Assembly: GCA_045655005.1 (NCBI GenBank)
Contig: JAZOOJ010000006.1
Coordinates: 70,130-134,129, forward strand
Origin: Clostridia bacterium
GTDB lineage: Bacteria; Bacillota; Clostridia; Christensenellales; UBA1242
DNA: 64,000 nt
Direction of reading: 5' to 3'
Of the stretch, positions 36,023-46,153 are shown in pieces. The position numbers and the translations under genes were made by a program. Numbering within the stretch: position 1 is the first letter of the stretch; every line of letters begins with the position of its first letter. Below the pieces are notes generated by a model. It made no database searches, was not told the DNA's origin, and was given only the letters and a program-made list of their open reading frames with translations.

Positions 36023-37324
36023 TTAAAATTCGAATTTAAAAATGTTAGATATTGTTTCATAAGTAGGTAGTTGTTCTTCGTTAACATCTCCCATAATTAC
36101 CACGTAAGGGAGATTATTTGAATTAAATATTGTTTTTGCATAGTCTTGCAATTCTTGTTTTTTAATCTTTTTAATCATTTTAATTGTCTTTTTTGATGTC
36201 ATTGTTTTTGATAATGATTGATACGTTAAAAAGTGGTTTAAGTTAAACTTTGCACGATTATATTTCATAGAACCATGCATCTCGTCGTGTGCATAAATTT
36301 CAGAGTTTTTGCTGTTTTTAAAGTCATCGTCAGGTATATCGTTCTTAATTATCGAATCAATACAAGATTTTAATACTTCAAAGCATCTTTGAATTTTATC
36401 TTGACTTGTTGAAATGCTGAAGCCAAATATCGCATCTTTATCGTCAAAGACTGGTATAAATGAGGAAGAGTTGTAAACTAAACCTTCATTTCTAAGTTTA
36501 TTGTAGAATTGATTTGTACCATAGTTAAAGTAGTTTGCAAGAATTGTGTCAAGTAATGTTTGTTTTTTATTTTCTTCGTCAAACTCATATTTAAAACCAA
36601 TTAATACTCGTGCTTGATTATTCTCGTTGTGGTGAATTATAATGGAGGGTTCTTTGGTTATCTTTATTGGGTAGAAGTTGTTTTTTAAGCTTTCATTTTT
36701 TTGTAAATTAGGAATAAAATACTTATCAACATACTTTTTTAATTTCCTAAACGAAAAATTACCGCAATACGATAAAATAAAATTATCTATACAAAAATTT
36801 TTGTCTTTGTAATTTATGAGTGTATTTGCGTCAATATTTGCAAGGTCGTCAACAGTACCCAACCTTTGTTCCAGGGTTAGAGTGTTTGTAAAATGTTTTC
36901 CAAATTGTTGTCCGATTTCGTGGTGTAAGTTGTCTATTGCTCTTTTATATTCTTCGGAAATCACGCTTTTTTCATTTTCTATTAACTCATCATCGCATAC
37001 AGAGTTTAATAAAATATCTGATGTGACGCTCATTGCTTTATCAAATAATCTGTTTGATTGAGAAAAGTCAATTGCGATTAAATTTGTACTTGTGTATGCG
37101 TTTAAAGAAGTGATTATACTACGCTCTTTATTTATTTCATCAAGCGTTAAGTTTTTTGTTTTTGTAAACATAGTATGCTCAACAAAGTGTGCAACTCCAT
37201 TTTGTTCATTTTTTATTGAACCACATAAGAAGCCTGCAATAACCGCAGAGTAATTAAGGCGTTTGTCTTTTTGATAAATTAAAGTTGCTCCATTTGAGTA
37301 TTTATATATTATTTTTCTTTTCAT
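36023..37324 (-). CDS. M16 (pitrilysin/insulinase) family zinc peptidase
   Basis: 433 aa. Inverted zincin motif HFVEH (GVAHFVEHTMF) near the N-terminus. Confidence 0.8.
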   Translation of the reverse strand: MKRKIIYKYSNGATLIYQKDKRLNYSAVIAGFLCGSIKNEQNGVAHFVEHTMFTKTKNLTLDEINKERSIITSLNAYTSTNLIAIDFSQSNRLFDKAMSVTSDILLNSVCDDELIENEKSVISEEYKRAIDNLHHEIGQQFGKHFTNTLTLEQRLGTVDDLANIDANTLINYKDKNFCIDNFILSYCGNFSFRKLKKYVDKYFIPNLQKNESLKNNFYPIKITKEPSIIIHHNENNQARVLIGFKYEFDEENKKQTLLDTILANYFNYGTNQFYNKLRNEGLVYNSSSFIPVFDDKDAIFGFSISTSQDKIQRCFEVLKSCIDSIIKNDIPDDDFKNSKNSEIYAHDEMHGSMKYNRAKFNLNHFLTYQSLSKTMTSKKTIKMIKKIKKQELQDYAKTIFNSNNLPYVVIMGDVNEEQLPTYETISNIFKFEF

Positions 37325-37477
37325 TTATTTTCTCCTATATGTACATTATAAAGTGTACCATTAGGGTAAAGTCAATAGGAAAAAGAAAAATAAAATAAAC
37401 GCTTGCTAAAAATATTAACTGTGATATAATTAAAACGTTGGTAGAAATAATAGATTTTCAATTTTTAGGTAAATAAA

Positions 37478-38095
37478 ATGGAAGAAATACAAAAGAGGAT
37501 TGATTACATTATAAATTACGTCATACAAAAAGAGTTGAAGACGGGGAAATTATTAGAAGATGCTAAACGTAAATATACCCACGGCTATTGTATGAGCCTT
37601 GCGACATTAATCAAAGCACAATTCTTAGATAATGAAAATGTACGTATGTTTGAGTTTGGAAGAACTTATCGAAAGATTGAAACGTCCTGTCAATACAAAT
37701 GGAAAGGTCAAGTTTGGCATATCTGTATTGTTGTTGGAGATGTCGATGAACTTGGCAGGCCCGTTTCAGATGCTATAGTCTTTGATATAAATGGAGCAAA
37801 ACTATTTAAAGATATGCCTGAGTATTTAACCGAACAATATCCAAATCCATTTGACTGTAACTACACTGAGGATAATGTGTTTGCGCTAGATCACAAAAAG
37901 TATGTAATAGAAGATAGTGTTGAACCAGCAGAGATGAAAAAGTACGAAATTTTAAGGGAAGAAGAAGGCGTCATTGAAGAATGTTATTATGAGTTTTTAG
38001 ATGAGATAAGAAGAGATGAAACGCATAAACCCACACCATTTTTTGCTTTACTTTCTGAACAATCGCAAGTACAAGAATGTGGAGAAATTGAATGA
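37478..38095 (+). CDS. Hypothetical protein (possible papain/transglutaminase-like Cys-His-Asp fold)
   Basis: 205 aa. Contains HGYCMSLA (C38), VWHICIVVG (H81) and VFDING (D103). Its stop overlaps the next gene's start (ATGA). Confidence 0.45.
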   Translation: MEEIQKRIDYIINYVIQKELKTGKLLEDAKRKYTHGYCMSLATLIKAQFLDNENVRMFEFGRTYRKIETSCQYKWKGQVWHICIVVGDVDELGRPVSDAIVFDINGAKLFKDMPEYLTEQYPNPFDCNYTEDNVFALDHKKYVIEDSVEPAEMKKYEILREEEGVIEECYYEFLDEIRRDETHKPTPFFALLSEQSQVQECGEIE

Positions 38096-38535
38096 GAATT
38101 TTAGTTTTAAGTGATAGCCACGGAAGAGTTGGTTTAATCCAAGATTTAATTGAGAAGGAGAATTTTGATAAGGCAATTTTTCTTGGAGATGGATTAAAAG
38201 ATTTTGAATATATTGATGACGAAAGGTTCATCAAACTTGCGGGGAATTGTGATTGGTTCTCTGATGAGTCAAAAGAATTTCAGTTAAATCTTGACAAGGT
38301 GAAAGTTTTTGCGACTCACGGACATTTGTATAAAGTAAAACTAGGGCTTGGAAGCTTATTGAAATATGCGAAAGATAAAAATTTCAATTTAGTGTTGTAT
38401 GGGCATACGCATACTCAAAAGGAAGAAGTGATAGATAAAATCTGTTTTGTAAATCCTGGAAGTATTGCAAATGGTAAATACGCAATGATTGAAATAGTGG
38501 ATAATGAAATAAAAATTAAACTTAAATCTATTTAA
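38092..38535 (+). CDS. YfcE/MJ0936-family metallophosphoesterase
   Basis: MRILVLSDSHG, FLGDG, THGH, GHTH and NPGS motifs in canonical order. Confidence 0.85.
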   Translation: MRILVLSDSHGRVGLIQDLIEKENFDKAIFLGDGLKDFEYIDDERFIKLAGNCDWFSDESKEFQLNLDKVKVFATHGHLYKVKLGLGSLLKYAKDKNFNLVLYGHTHTQKEEVIDKICFVNPGSIANGKYAMIEIVDNEIKIKLKSI

Positions 38536-38617
38536 TATAATGAAAAATTAAAATATATGTTTGATTTTGGTTTAAATAGTGTTATAATATGAAAAACAAT
38601 TGAAGAAAAGGTGTTTT

Positions 38618-40420
38618 ATGAAGGGATTTAATAGTGTACATGAATATTTAAGCGATGCAATTAAAAGTTCGCTAAGGTTTTGTAGTTTTGAAGTTGATAA
38701 TATGAATTTGGTGTCAAATTCGGCACGTCCAGAAATTGCTGATTTTCAAAGCAATATTTGTTTTGCGTTAGCAAAAAAATGCGGAGTGCCTCCAATGGAA
38801 GTCGCAGATAAAGTTGTAAACAATATAAGGGGTGACGTGAAGAAATTTTTTGATATTGAAATTGTAACCCCTGCGTTTATTAATTTTAAGTTTACAGAAG
38901 AAGGGTTAATTGAAATTGCAAACAATCTTTTGTCTGATCCTAATTATGGAATAGATACAGCAAAGGGTGTTAATAAGACCATAGTGCTTGATTATGGTGG
39001 GGCAAACGTTGCGAAGGAACTTCATATGGGGCATTTAAGGTCGCCAATTATAGGTGAAGCAATCAGAAGGCTTTATAAATTATTTGGTTACCATACAGTT
39101 GGGGATGTCCACTTGGGGGATTGGGGTCTTCAGATGGGTTTAGTAATGGCAATGCTTGAAGAAAAAGGCATGACAGATTATTATATTGGCAAAAGCAATG
39201 TTAAACCTGAAATAACCCTAGAATTTTTGAATGAGAATTATCCATTTGCAAGTAAAAGAAGTAAAACTGATGCTGAATTTAAAGAAAAGGCTGAAACTTT
39301 AACTTTAAAACTTCAAAGACTTGAAGAGCCTTATTTTACAATTTGGAAAGATATTAGAGATGTTTCGGTTGAAGCGATTAAAAGAAATTATGAAAGACTT
39401 AATTGCACATTTGATTTGTGGTATGGTGAAAGTGACGCTCAAAAATATATAGACAGAACAGTTAATAGGTTTATTGAACAAGGTTTAACAAAGGAAAGCG
39501 ATGGGGCAACAATTGTTGAGGTAAAACGTGAAGGCGAGCATATACCAATTCCAAAGAAAAATCCCGACGATCCGAACGAACGTCAATTGTATAAAAATCC
39601 AATGCCTCCTGTAATAATTAAAAAGCACAATGGCGGAGATTTGTATGCAACAACAGACATTGCAACCATTATGCAAAGGGTAGAAGACTTTGAAAATTTA
39701 GAAGAAATTATTTATATTGTTGACAAGCGTCAGGCAGGTCACTTTGAAGGTGTGTTTAGGGCGTCTAAGATGTCAGGGATTGCACCAGAGAATTTAAAAC
39801 TTACACATATTGGCTATGGAACAATGAATGGTAAAGACGGAAAACCATTTAAAACTCGTGATGGTGGTTCAATTAAACTTGAAGACATTATTAATCTAGT
39901 AAGGTCAAAAGCAGAAGAAAAACTAAAGCAAAATGGAACAGAAATGGCGGGTCAAGATATTGCTTTACAAATTGGTGTTTCCGCAATGAAGTTTGGAGAT
40001 TTATCAAATGAAGTTTCAAGAGATTATATTTTTGACCTTGACAATTTCTTATCTTTTGAGGGTAAAACTGGTCCATATCTTCAATACACCGCAGTAAGAA
40101 TACAATCTATTTTAAATAAAGTTGATGAATTTGATGCAAAAATTTGCACATCGTCTGACCTTGAAAAGAATATAATCCTTGAAATTTTGAAATTAATAAA
40201 TTCATATGCTACGGCTTTAAAAGAGTTGTCGCCAAGTGTTGTTTGTAATGCTCTTTATAATTTGGCAAGTTCATATGCAACATTTTATAATAATACAAAA
40301 ATATTAAGCGAAATGGATAATAATAAAAGAAATAGTTATTTAGCATTGTCCAAACTAGTTCTTGATAAATTAAAACAAGGTTTAGAGATTTTGGCAATTG
40401 ATGTGCCAGAAAAAATGTAG
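38618..40420 (+). CDS. argS: Arginine--tRNA ligase
   Basis: HIGH-type motif KELHMGHLRS and the overall ArgS layout including an anticodon-binding C-terminus. ATG 38618 preferred over track TTG 38600. Confidence 0.9.
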   Translation: MKGFNSVHEYLSDAIKSSLRFCSFEVDNMNLVSNSARPEIADFQSNICFALAKKCGVPPMEVADKVVNNIRGDVKKFFDIEIVTPAFINFKFTEEGLIEIANNLLSDPNYGIDTAKGVNKTIVLDYGGANVAKELHMGHLRSPIIGEAIRRLYKLFGYHTVGDVHLGDWGLQMGLVMAMLEEKGMTDYYIGKSNVKPEITLEFLNENYPFASKRSKTDAEFKEKAETLTLKLQRLEEPYFTIWKDIRDVSVEAIKRNYERLNCTFDLWYGESDAQKYIDRTVNRFIEQGLTKESDGATIVEVKREGEHIPIPKKNPDDPNERQLYKNPMPPVIIKKHNGGDLYATTDIATIMQRVEDFENLEEIIYIVDKRQAGHFEGVFRASKMSGIAPENLKLTHIGYGTMNGKDGKPFKTRDGGSIKLEDIINLVRSKAEEKLKQNGTEMAGQDIALQIGVSAMKFGDLSNEVSRDYIFDLDNFLSFEGKTGPYLQYTAVRIQSILNKVDEFDAKICTSSDLEKNIILEILKLINSYATALKELSPSVVCNALYNLASSYATFYNNTKILSEMDNNKRNSYLALSKLVLDKLKQGLEILAIDVPEKM

Positions 40421-40432
40421 GTGGGAAAAATA

Positions 40433-40978
40433 ATGCAAAAACAGAGATTATTATTGCATTGTTGTTGTGCTCCTTGTGCATCAAGTGTGGTTGAGCGTCT
40501 TTTAAAAGAAAATAAATACGAAATAACGATGTATTTTTCGAACTCTAACATATTACCACAAGAGGAATATGAGAAACGCAAGGCTGAGATGATAAGACTT
40601 AATCAAGAGATTTTCACCGACACAAAACTTATTATTGAAGAATATTGTCCAAACGATTATTTTGATGCAATAAAAGGTCTTGAAAGCCTTGGAGAAGGTA
40701 GCGTTCGGTGTGATGCATGTATTGGGTACCGAATGAAAAACACGGCAAGATACGCAAAGGAAAATCATTTTGATTTATTTGCAACAACATTGACAGTCAG
40801 TCCTCACAAAAATGCAAAAAAAATCAATGAAATAGGTGAGTCCTTATCACAAGAATTTGATGTTGAATATATGCCATCGGATTTTAAAAAACAAAATGGT
40901 TTTTTGCGTTCGATTGAACTCTGTAAGGAGTATGATATTTATAGACAAAAGTATTGTGGATGCGGGTTAGACTTATGA
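40433..40978 (+). CDS. queH: Epoxyqueuosine reductase QueH (DUF208)
   Basis: LLLHCCCAPCAS N-terminal Cys motif and C-terminal YCGCG. ATG 40433. Confidence 0.8.
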   Translation: MQKQRLLLHCCCAPCASSVVERLLKENKYEITMYFSNSNILPQEEYEKRKAEMIRLNQEIFTDTKLIIEEYCPNDYFDAIKGLESLGEGSVRCDACIGYRMKNTARYAKENHFDLFATTLTVSPHKNAKKINEIGESLSQEFDVEYMPSDFKKQNGFLRSIELCKEYDIYRQKYCGCGLDL

Positions 40979-41409
40979 AGTTTAAAGCAAAAAGAGATTT
41001 AATTTATTATTCATTGTATTTATTTAACTTGGTGCTAGGATTTGGTATAATTATTGGACTTCTGCTATTAGATGTAAATTTTATGGCAATACTTATAAGT
41101 GTATTGCTGGGCGTTGAAATTATTTTAATATCAATATTGTTTTATAATTGTTATTACATTATAAACCAAAACGAGATTAAATTAATTATTGGATTTGTAT
41201 CACTAAATGTAAAATTATGTGATATCCAAAGTTTGACAATTTGTAAAAACTTAGTGTTTTCTTTTGCTCTTGCAAGAAATAGGATAGAGTTATCTTGGGG
41301 AAAAAACAGAAATAAAAAAAGAAATAGAGTTTATGTTTCTCCTAAAAATTCCGAAGAATTTGTTGAGTTAATAAGCAGAAGGAGTGGCTTAAAGAATGAA
41401 ATTAAATAA
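40975..41409 (+). CDS. Small membrane protein (two TM helices plus a possible bacterial PH-like C-terminal domain)
   Basis: MKFKAKRDLIYY..., two hydrophobic helices, and a beta-rich tail ending VYVSPKNSEEFVELI. Its start overlaps the queH stop. Confidence 0.45.
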   Translation: MKFKAKRDLIYYSLYLFNLVLGFGIIIGLLLLDVNFMAILISVLLGVEIILISILFYNCYYIINQNEIKLIIGFVSLNVKLCDIQSLTICKNLVFSFALARNRIELSWGKNRNKKRNRVYVSPKNSEEFVELISRRSGLKNEIK

Positions 41410-42052
41410 AACCTTTACCATATTTTGTTCTTTGTTGTTGATTTGTATGACAGCATTACTTTCGGCTTGTAAAAACGGCAAACCAACCGATTTTAATATT
41501 GAAAATGCAACAAGTATAATTACAAAATTAGAAACAGAAGATGATGTGTTTTTCAATGCAATATCTAATAAGTATAAAAATAATGCCAATTCACAAAAAT
41601 TGGAGAATTTAATTATTACAATTGGAGAAATAAATGAAAGCATAAAGATTGTTGTATCAAACTTTACAACTTATAAGACAACGCTAAGTTCTGCTGAATA
41701 TGCTGATATGTTTAGTTTTGATGAAAATTTTTTTAAATATGAAAAAGACGATCAAATCATAGATATTACATTTTCAAAAGGCGAATGGATTTCGGTAAAG
41801 ACACTTAATGCAAATACAGTTTGTTACATTGAGATAAAAAAGATTCAGAGTGGTAATTATGTGTCAAGATGCTTCATTAAAAATAGTGGATCAGATTACG
41901 GTGAAGAAATTTTATATTATTTTAATGGAAGTACGGGTAGGATAAGGTCTTTATCTTGCATAGAAACAAAATCTAAGTCTATTTTTGATTATGAAGATTT
42001 GTCAACAACATTTGCCCAAGATGAGGGCAGTGGCTATTACTTTTTTACTTAG
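41396..42052 (+). CDS. Lipoprotein, function unknown
   Basis: Signal peptide with lipobox LLSAC (Cys25). Confidence 0.65.
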   Translation: MKLNKTFTIFCSLLLICMTALLSACKNGKPTDFNIENATSIITKLETEDDVFFNAISNKYKNNANSQKLENLIITIGEINESIKIVVSNFTTYKTTLSSAEYADMFSFDENFFKYEKDDQIIDITFSKGEWISVKTLNANTVCYIEIKKIQSGNYVSRCFIKNSGSDYGEEILYYFNGSTGRIRSLSCIETKSKSIFDYEDLSTTFAQDEGSGYYFFT

Positions 42053-42061
42053 GAGAAAATT

Positions 42062-42664
42062 ATGTTATTTGAATTAAAAATTATTGAATGGTTGCAATCA
42101 TTCTCTTGTACTGCATTAGACATTCTAACATCGCTAGCTTCTTATTTTTTTGATTATGCAATAATAATTGCAGTATTTTTCTTGTTTTACCTTAATAACA
42201 AAAAAGCATATGCATGGTTTTATGTTATAATCCAAGGCGTTGGAGCGATTGTGCAAAAGTTTGCAAAAATGGCATTTATGCGACCAAGACCACACGTCGC
42301 ATCAGATACTATTGTTAGTATTTTAACATCGGAGGGGAGTGCTTTCCCAAGTGGCCATAGCGTTGCTGCAATGGGTGTGTTTATGTTTGTTATGTTTTTC
42401 ATTTATAGCGAAAACAGAAACAAAAATGAAAGAATTACTTTTACGGTTTTAGGTGCTTTTTATCTTTTGTTAAATATGTTCAATAGAATGTACTTGGGAC
42501 AACATTATTTAACAGATATACTTGGCGGTTATCTTTTGATGATAGCTATATGTTCAATAAGTTATTTATTATACAAACCATATTTAAAGAGCTATAATTT
42601 TGTTATGGCAAATTGTGAAAAGAGGTTGATAAAAAAGAAAGTAAGTGAGTCGAAAGAAAAGTAA
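42062..42664 (+). CDS. PAP2-family phosphatase (undecaprenyl-diphosphate/phosphatidate phosphatase-like)
   Basis: PAP2 motifs KMAFMRPRP, PSGHS and NRMYLGQHYLTD in a polytopic membrane protein. Confidence 0.85.
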   Translation: MLFELKIIEWLQSFSCTALDILTSLASYFFDYAIIIAVFFLFYLNNKKAYAWFYVIIQGVGAIVQKFAKMAFMRPRPHVASDTIVSILTSEGSAFPSGHSVAAMGVFMFVMFFIYSENRNKNERITFTVLGAFYLLLNMFNRMYLGQHYLTDILGGYLLMIAICSISYLLYKPYLKSYNFVMANCEKRLIKKKVSESKEK

Positions 42665-43259
42665 TCCATTTATTAAATTCTTATTTTTAGTTTTATTTGT
42701 TTTGTTGTTGCCACTGCTAATTTTAGAAATGATAATTAGCGGAATTATTAAGCGTGCAAAATATAATAGTTGGAAGAAGAAAAAATACTCAGCACAAGAT
42801 TTTATAAACTCAGCAGAGATTGAATTTGTTGATGTTATGGAAGGCTATGTGTTTGAGCAATTTTTAAAGACTTTATTTTTCTATTTAGGGTATGATGCTC
42901 TTGTTACCAAAAAATCGGGAGACTATGGTGCCGATGTCGTTCTGAAGAAAGACGGAAAGAAAATAGTTGTTCAGGCAAAAAGATATAATAAAAATGTAGG
43001 GTCTAAGGCAGTGCAAGAAATAGTTGTTGCAAAGAACCATTACAACGCAGATGAAGCTATGGTTGTTACAAATAGTTATTTCACTAAGCAGGCTGAAGAA
43101 ATAGCAGATGAAAATAGTGTTATATTAATAGATAGAAATGAACTAAAATCTTTAATGAATGAAGCAAAATATAATATAGAAACTAATTATAATGTTGTGT
43201 CAGAAGAAAGTGATAATATAAATGAGAATTTTGACAGCAAGTATAAATTTAGAATTTAG
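42645..43259 (+). CDS. Membrane-anchored Mrr_cat (PD-(D/E)xK restriction-endonuclease-like) domain protein
   Basis: N-terminal TM helix, then GYVFEQFL...SGDYGADVVLKKDGKKIVVQAKRY (a D...QxK core). GTG start overlaps the PAP2 gene by 20 nt. Confidence 0.7.
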   Translation: MSRKKSNPFIKFLFLVLFVLLLPLLILEMIISGIIKRAKYNSWKKKKYSAQDFINSAEIEFVDVMEGYVFEQFLKTLFFYLGYDALVTKKSGDYGADVVLKKDGKKIVVQAKRYNKNVGSKAVQEIVVAKNHYNADEAMVVTNSYFTKQAEEIADENSVILIDRNELKSLMNEAKYNIETNYNVVSEESDNINENFDSKYKFRI

Positions 43260-43303
43260 ATTAGTATTTTTCAGATTAAAATTCATACACTAAAATAAGA
43301 GGT

Positions 43304-44059
43304 ATGAATTTTTTTATGAATGATTTTTGTATAATTTTTTCTAAACAAGATAATGATATATTTTTACATTTTTGGAAGAAGTTTGAGCAAGTTGCTGATA
43401 GGCTAAAAAGTGTTAACATAAGGAATGAAGAAGATTGCATAAAATTGTGTTTTTCTATTAAAAAATCGACCAAGGGCATTTTAGATCAAATTAAAACAAA
43501 CCTTGCTGAAACTATCGTATTAAACTATAAGTATAAGTATATGACATCAAATTTGCAACTCCCAGATTCTTTTAAACAATATAAAGATGCTCTTTGTAAA
43601 TCGCTTGCTGTATTTGACAGGGCCTCAGATATTTTAGAAGTTGAGTCGCTTTTAAACTTTACATCTTCGATTAACATAGATTCTTTCTATATTTTTAAGC
43701 TGTCTACATTGCGTGCAAAATGGAAAGAGGTAACAGATTTATTTTTAGAAAATATGGCAAATATTTTATACTCTAATAGTTATATTGAATTAATACGTTA
43801 TTTAATTATGACGACAGAAAGCGATGGAGTAGAGGTGTTTGTGTATAAATATAATAATATAATTTATTTAAGAAACAAAGATGGTGCAGACTTGTCAGAG
43901 CCTATTGAAGTTAATGAAAACTATTTACCAGAGGTTGTAAGCGAATTAATTATGCTTGCACCAATGAACATTTATTTAAAATACGATAGCAACAAGACAA
44001 AAGAATTGACTGAATTAATAATTGATTTATTTGCAGAAAAAGTAGTTGTGAATACTTGA
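43304..44059 (+). CDS. ytxC: YtxC-like putative sporulation protein
   Basis: 251 aa lying immediately upstream of thrS, as ytxC does in Bacillus. The assignment rests mainly on synteny and size. Confidence 0.45.
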   Translation: MNFFMNDFCIIFSKQDNDIFLHFWKKFEQVADRLKSVNIRNEEDCIKLCFSIKKSTKGILDQIKTNLAETIVLNYKYKYMTSNLQLPDSFKQYKDALCKSLAVFDRASDILEVESLLNFTSSINIDSFYIFKLSTLRAKWKEVTDLFLENMANILYSNSYIELIRYLIMTTESDGVEVFVYKYNNIIYLRNKDGADLSEPIEVNENYLPEVVSELIMLAPMNIYLKYDSNKTKELTELIIDLFAEKVVVNT

Positions 44060-44191
44060 CAAATAATTTCAGCCTAGTGTAAACTTAACTAAAAGGTTTT
44101 TGCGTAAAAATTACATAAGAAGGGATAAGTTTAATTTATTAACTTATGTAATTTTCATATTAAAAAAGCATTTGTTTTAGCAGGAGTAAAT

Positions 44192-46126
44192 ATGAAAATT
44201 GCTATAAAAGACAATATTGTGGCGGAGGTCGAAAAGGGAACGACCGTGGGTTCAGTTGCTGAATCTATTTCAAAGACTCTTGCAAAAAATATAATATGTG
44301 GGAAAATTAACGACAAGCTAGTTGATCTTGATGATAGTATTGGTAAAAATTGTAAACTTGAACTAATAACAATAAAAGATGATGAGGCAATAAATATTTT
44401 AAATGAATCAGCCAGTCATATTTTAGCACAAGCAGTGAAGACAATTTATCCATCTGCAAAATTGGGGTTTGGCGGAGTTGATGATAATGGATTTTATTAT
44501 GATTTCGAATTTAAGACAGAGATAACAGAAAGCGACTTGCCGACAATTGAAGACGAAATAAAAAGAATTGTAAAAGCTGGGTTTAAATTAACAAACAAAA
44601 AAATGACGGTTGAAGACGCTATTATTGCAATGTCAAATTCCGAAGAACATTACAAAATTGAGAAGTTAGAGGCAATTACAACAGATACAGTAGGCGTGTT
44701 TACGCAAGGGGATTTTATAGATTTCTGTGATCAACCACACATAAAATCTACGTCAATGCTTAAATATTTTAAGTTGACAGCAATTGAAGAGGTGTTTTAT
44801 AAAGGGAAACTTAGCAATGATAAGTTGACTAGGATTTATGGATTTGCTTGTTTTAAGGCGAATCAATTTGAATTTAAACTAAAAACGCTTGATGAAATAA
44901 AGAAAAGAGACCATTTAAAACTTGGTCAAGATATGGAATTATTTTTATTTAATAATGTGAGTAAAGGCTGTCCGTTTTGGCTTCCAAATGGTTGGACTCT
45001 ATATAATACACTATTAAATTATTGCAGAGAGTTAAATGCGTTTTATGGATATGACGAAGTCAGTTCTCCGACATTAAATGACAATCAATTAGCTATTGAT
45101 AGTGGTCATTATTCATATCGCACAAGTGATATTTTTGAATTAAAGAATAAGAGTGGCGAGAATGATTACTCATTAAAAACGGCAAATTGTCCAAATTCAA
45201 TGTTGATTTACAAATCAAAAGAAAGAAACTTTAAAGATTTTCCGTTAAAATTTTTAGATTTTGGAATGTTGCATAGAAATATTGACGATTCAAAATTAAA
45301 TGGGCTTTTTAATGTTAGAAGTATGTGTCAAGATGACGCTCATATTTTTGCAACAAAAAGTCAAATAGAACAAGAGTTTTTAAATATTTTTGAGATGTGT
45401 GATAAGTTTTATAAGACTTTTGGAATTAAGTACGGCGTGGAATTATCAACTAGGCCAGATAATCATTTAGGAGATAATTTGGTTTGGGATTCTGCAGAGA
45501 GTATTTTAAAGTCAATATTGGATAACAGATTTGGTGATAATAAGTATAAAATAAACGAGGGGGATGGGTCTTTTTTTGGCCCAAGAATTGATATTGTTGT
45601 AAAGGATTCTTTGGGGCGTTCATGGAGAACTGGAACCTTTCAACTTGATATGCAACTACCGGAAAGGTTTGGACTAAGTTATATAGATGAAAAAGGGGAA
45701 AGACAAGTCCCAGTTTTAATACATCGAACAATTTTAGGAAGTATTGAAAGATTTATAGCGCTATTAATTGAACATTTTGAAGGTAAATTTCCGTTCTGGA
45801 TTTCTCCAATTCAGACAATCATTGTAACTAAAATGCCGGAGAGCGATAGTATAATAAAGAAATTAAAATTAGCATTGCAATCTATGGGTGTTAGGTGTAA
45901 AATTGTAAATGGGGAGTTTGGAATTGAGTTAAATAAAGAATTATTTCAAACCACAAAAGTGCCATATATCCTATCTGTTGACTCAAATCTTGTGAAAAAG
46001 CATAAGATTTTAGTTGAAGTACGAGGAGAAAAGCAAATTATATATGAAGCAACAATTAAGGACGTGCTTGAAAAAATCAACAAACAAAATAAATCAAGAG
46101 CATTGAATTTAATAAAAGAATTTTAA
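44192..46126 (+). CDS. thrS: Threonine--tRNA ligase
   Basis: TGS-like N-terminus, editing-domain region, class II core (FRNIDDSKLNGLFNVRSMCQDDAHIF, GSIERF) and an anticodon-binding C-terminus. Confidence 0.95.
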   Translation: MKIAIKDNIVAEVEKGTTVGSVAESISKTLAKNIICGKINDKLVDLDDSIGKNCKLELITIKDDEAINILNESASHILAQAVKTIYPSAKLGFGGVDDNGFYYDFEFKTEITESDLPTIEDEIKRIVKAGFKLTNKKMTVEDAIIAMSNSEEHYKIEKLEAITTDTVGVFTQGDFIDFCDQPHIKSTSMLKYFKLTAIEEVFYKGKLSNDKLTRIYGFACFKANQFEFKLKTLDEIKKRDHLKLGQDMELFLFNNVSKGCPFWLPNGWTLYNTLLNYCRELNAFYGYDEVSSPTLNDNQLAIDSGHYSYRTSDIFELKNKSGENDYSLKTANCPNSMLIYKSKERNFKDFPLKFLDFGMLHRNIDDSKLNGLFNVRSMCQDDAHIFATKSQIEQEFLNIFEMCDKFYKTFGIKYGVELSTRPDNHLGDNLVWDSAESILKSILDNRFGDNKYKINEGDGSFFGPRIDIVVKDSLGRSWRTGTFQLDMQLPERFGLSYIDEKGERQVPVLIHRTILGSIERFIALLIEHFEGKFPFWISPIQTIIVTKMPESDSIIKKLKLALQSMGVRCKIVNGEFGIELNKELFQTTKVPYILSVDSNLVKKHKILVEVRGEKQIIYEATIKDVLEKINKQNKSRALNLIKEF

Positions 46127-46153
46127 ATACAAAAGAAAAGGGGATTTTAAATT

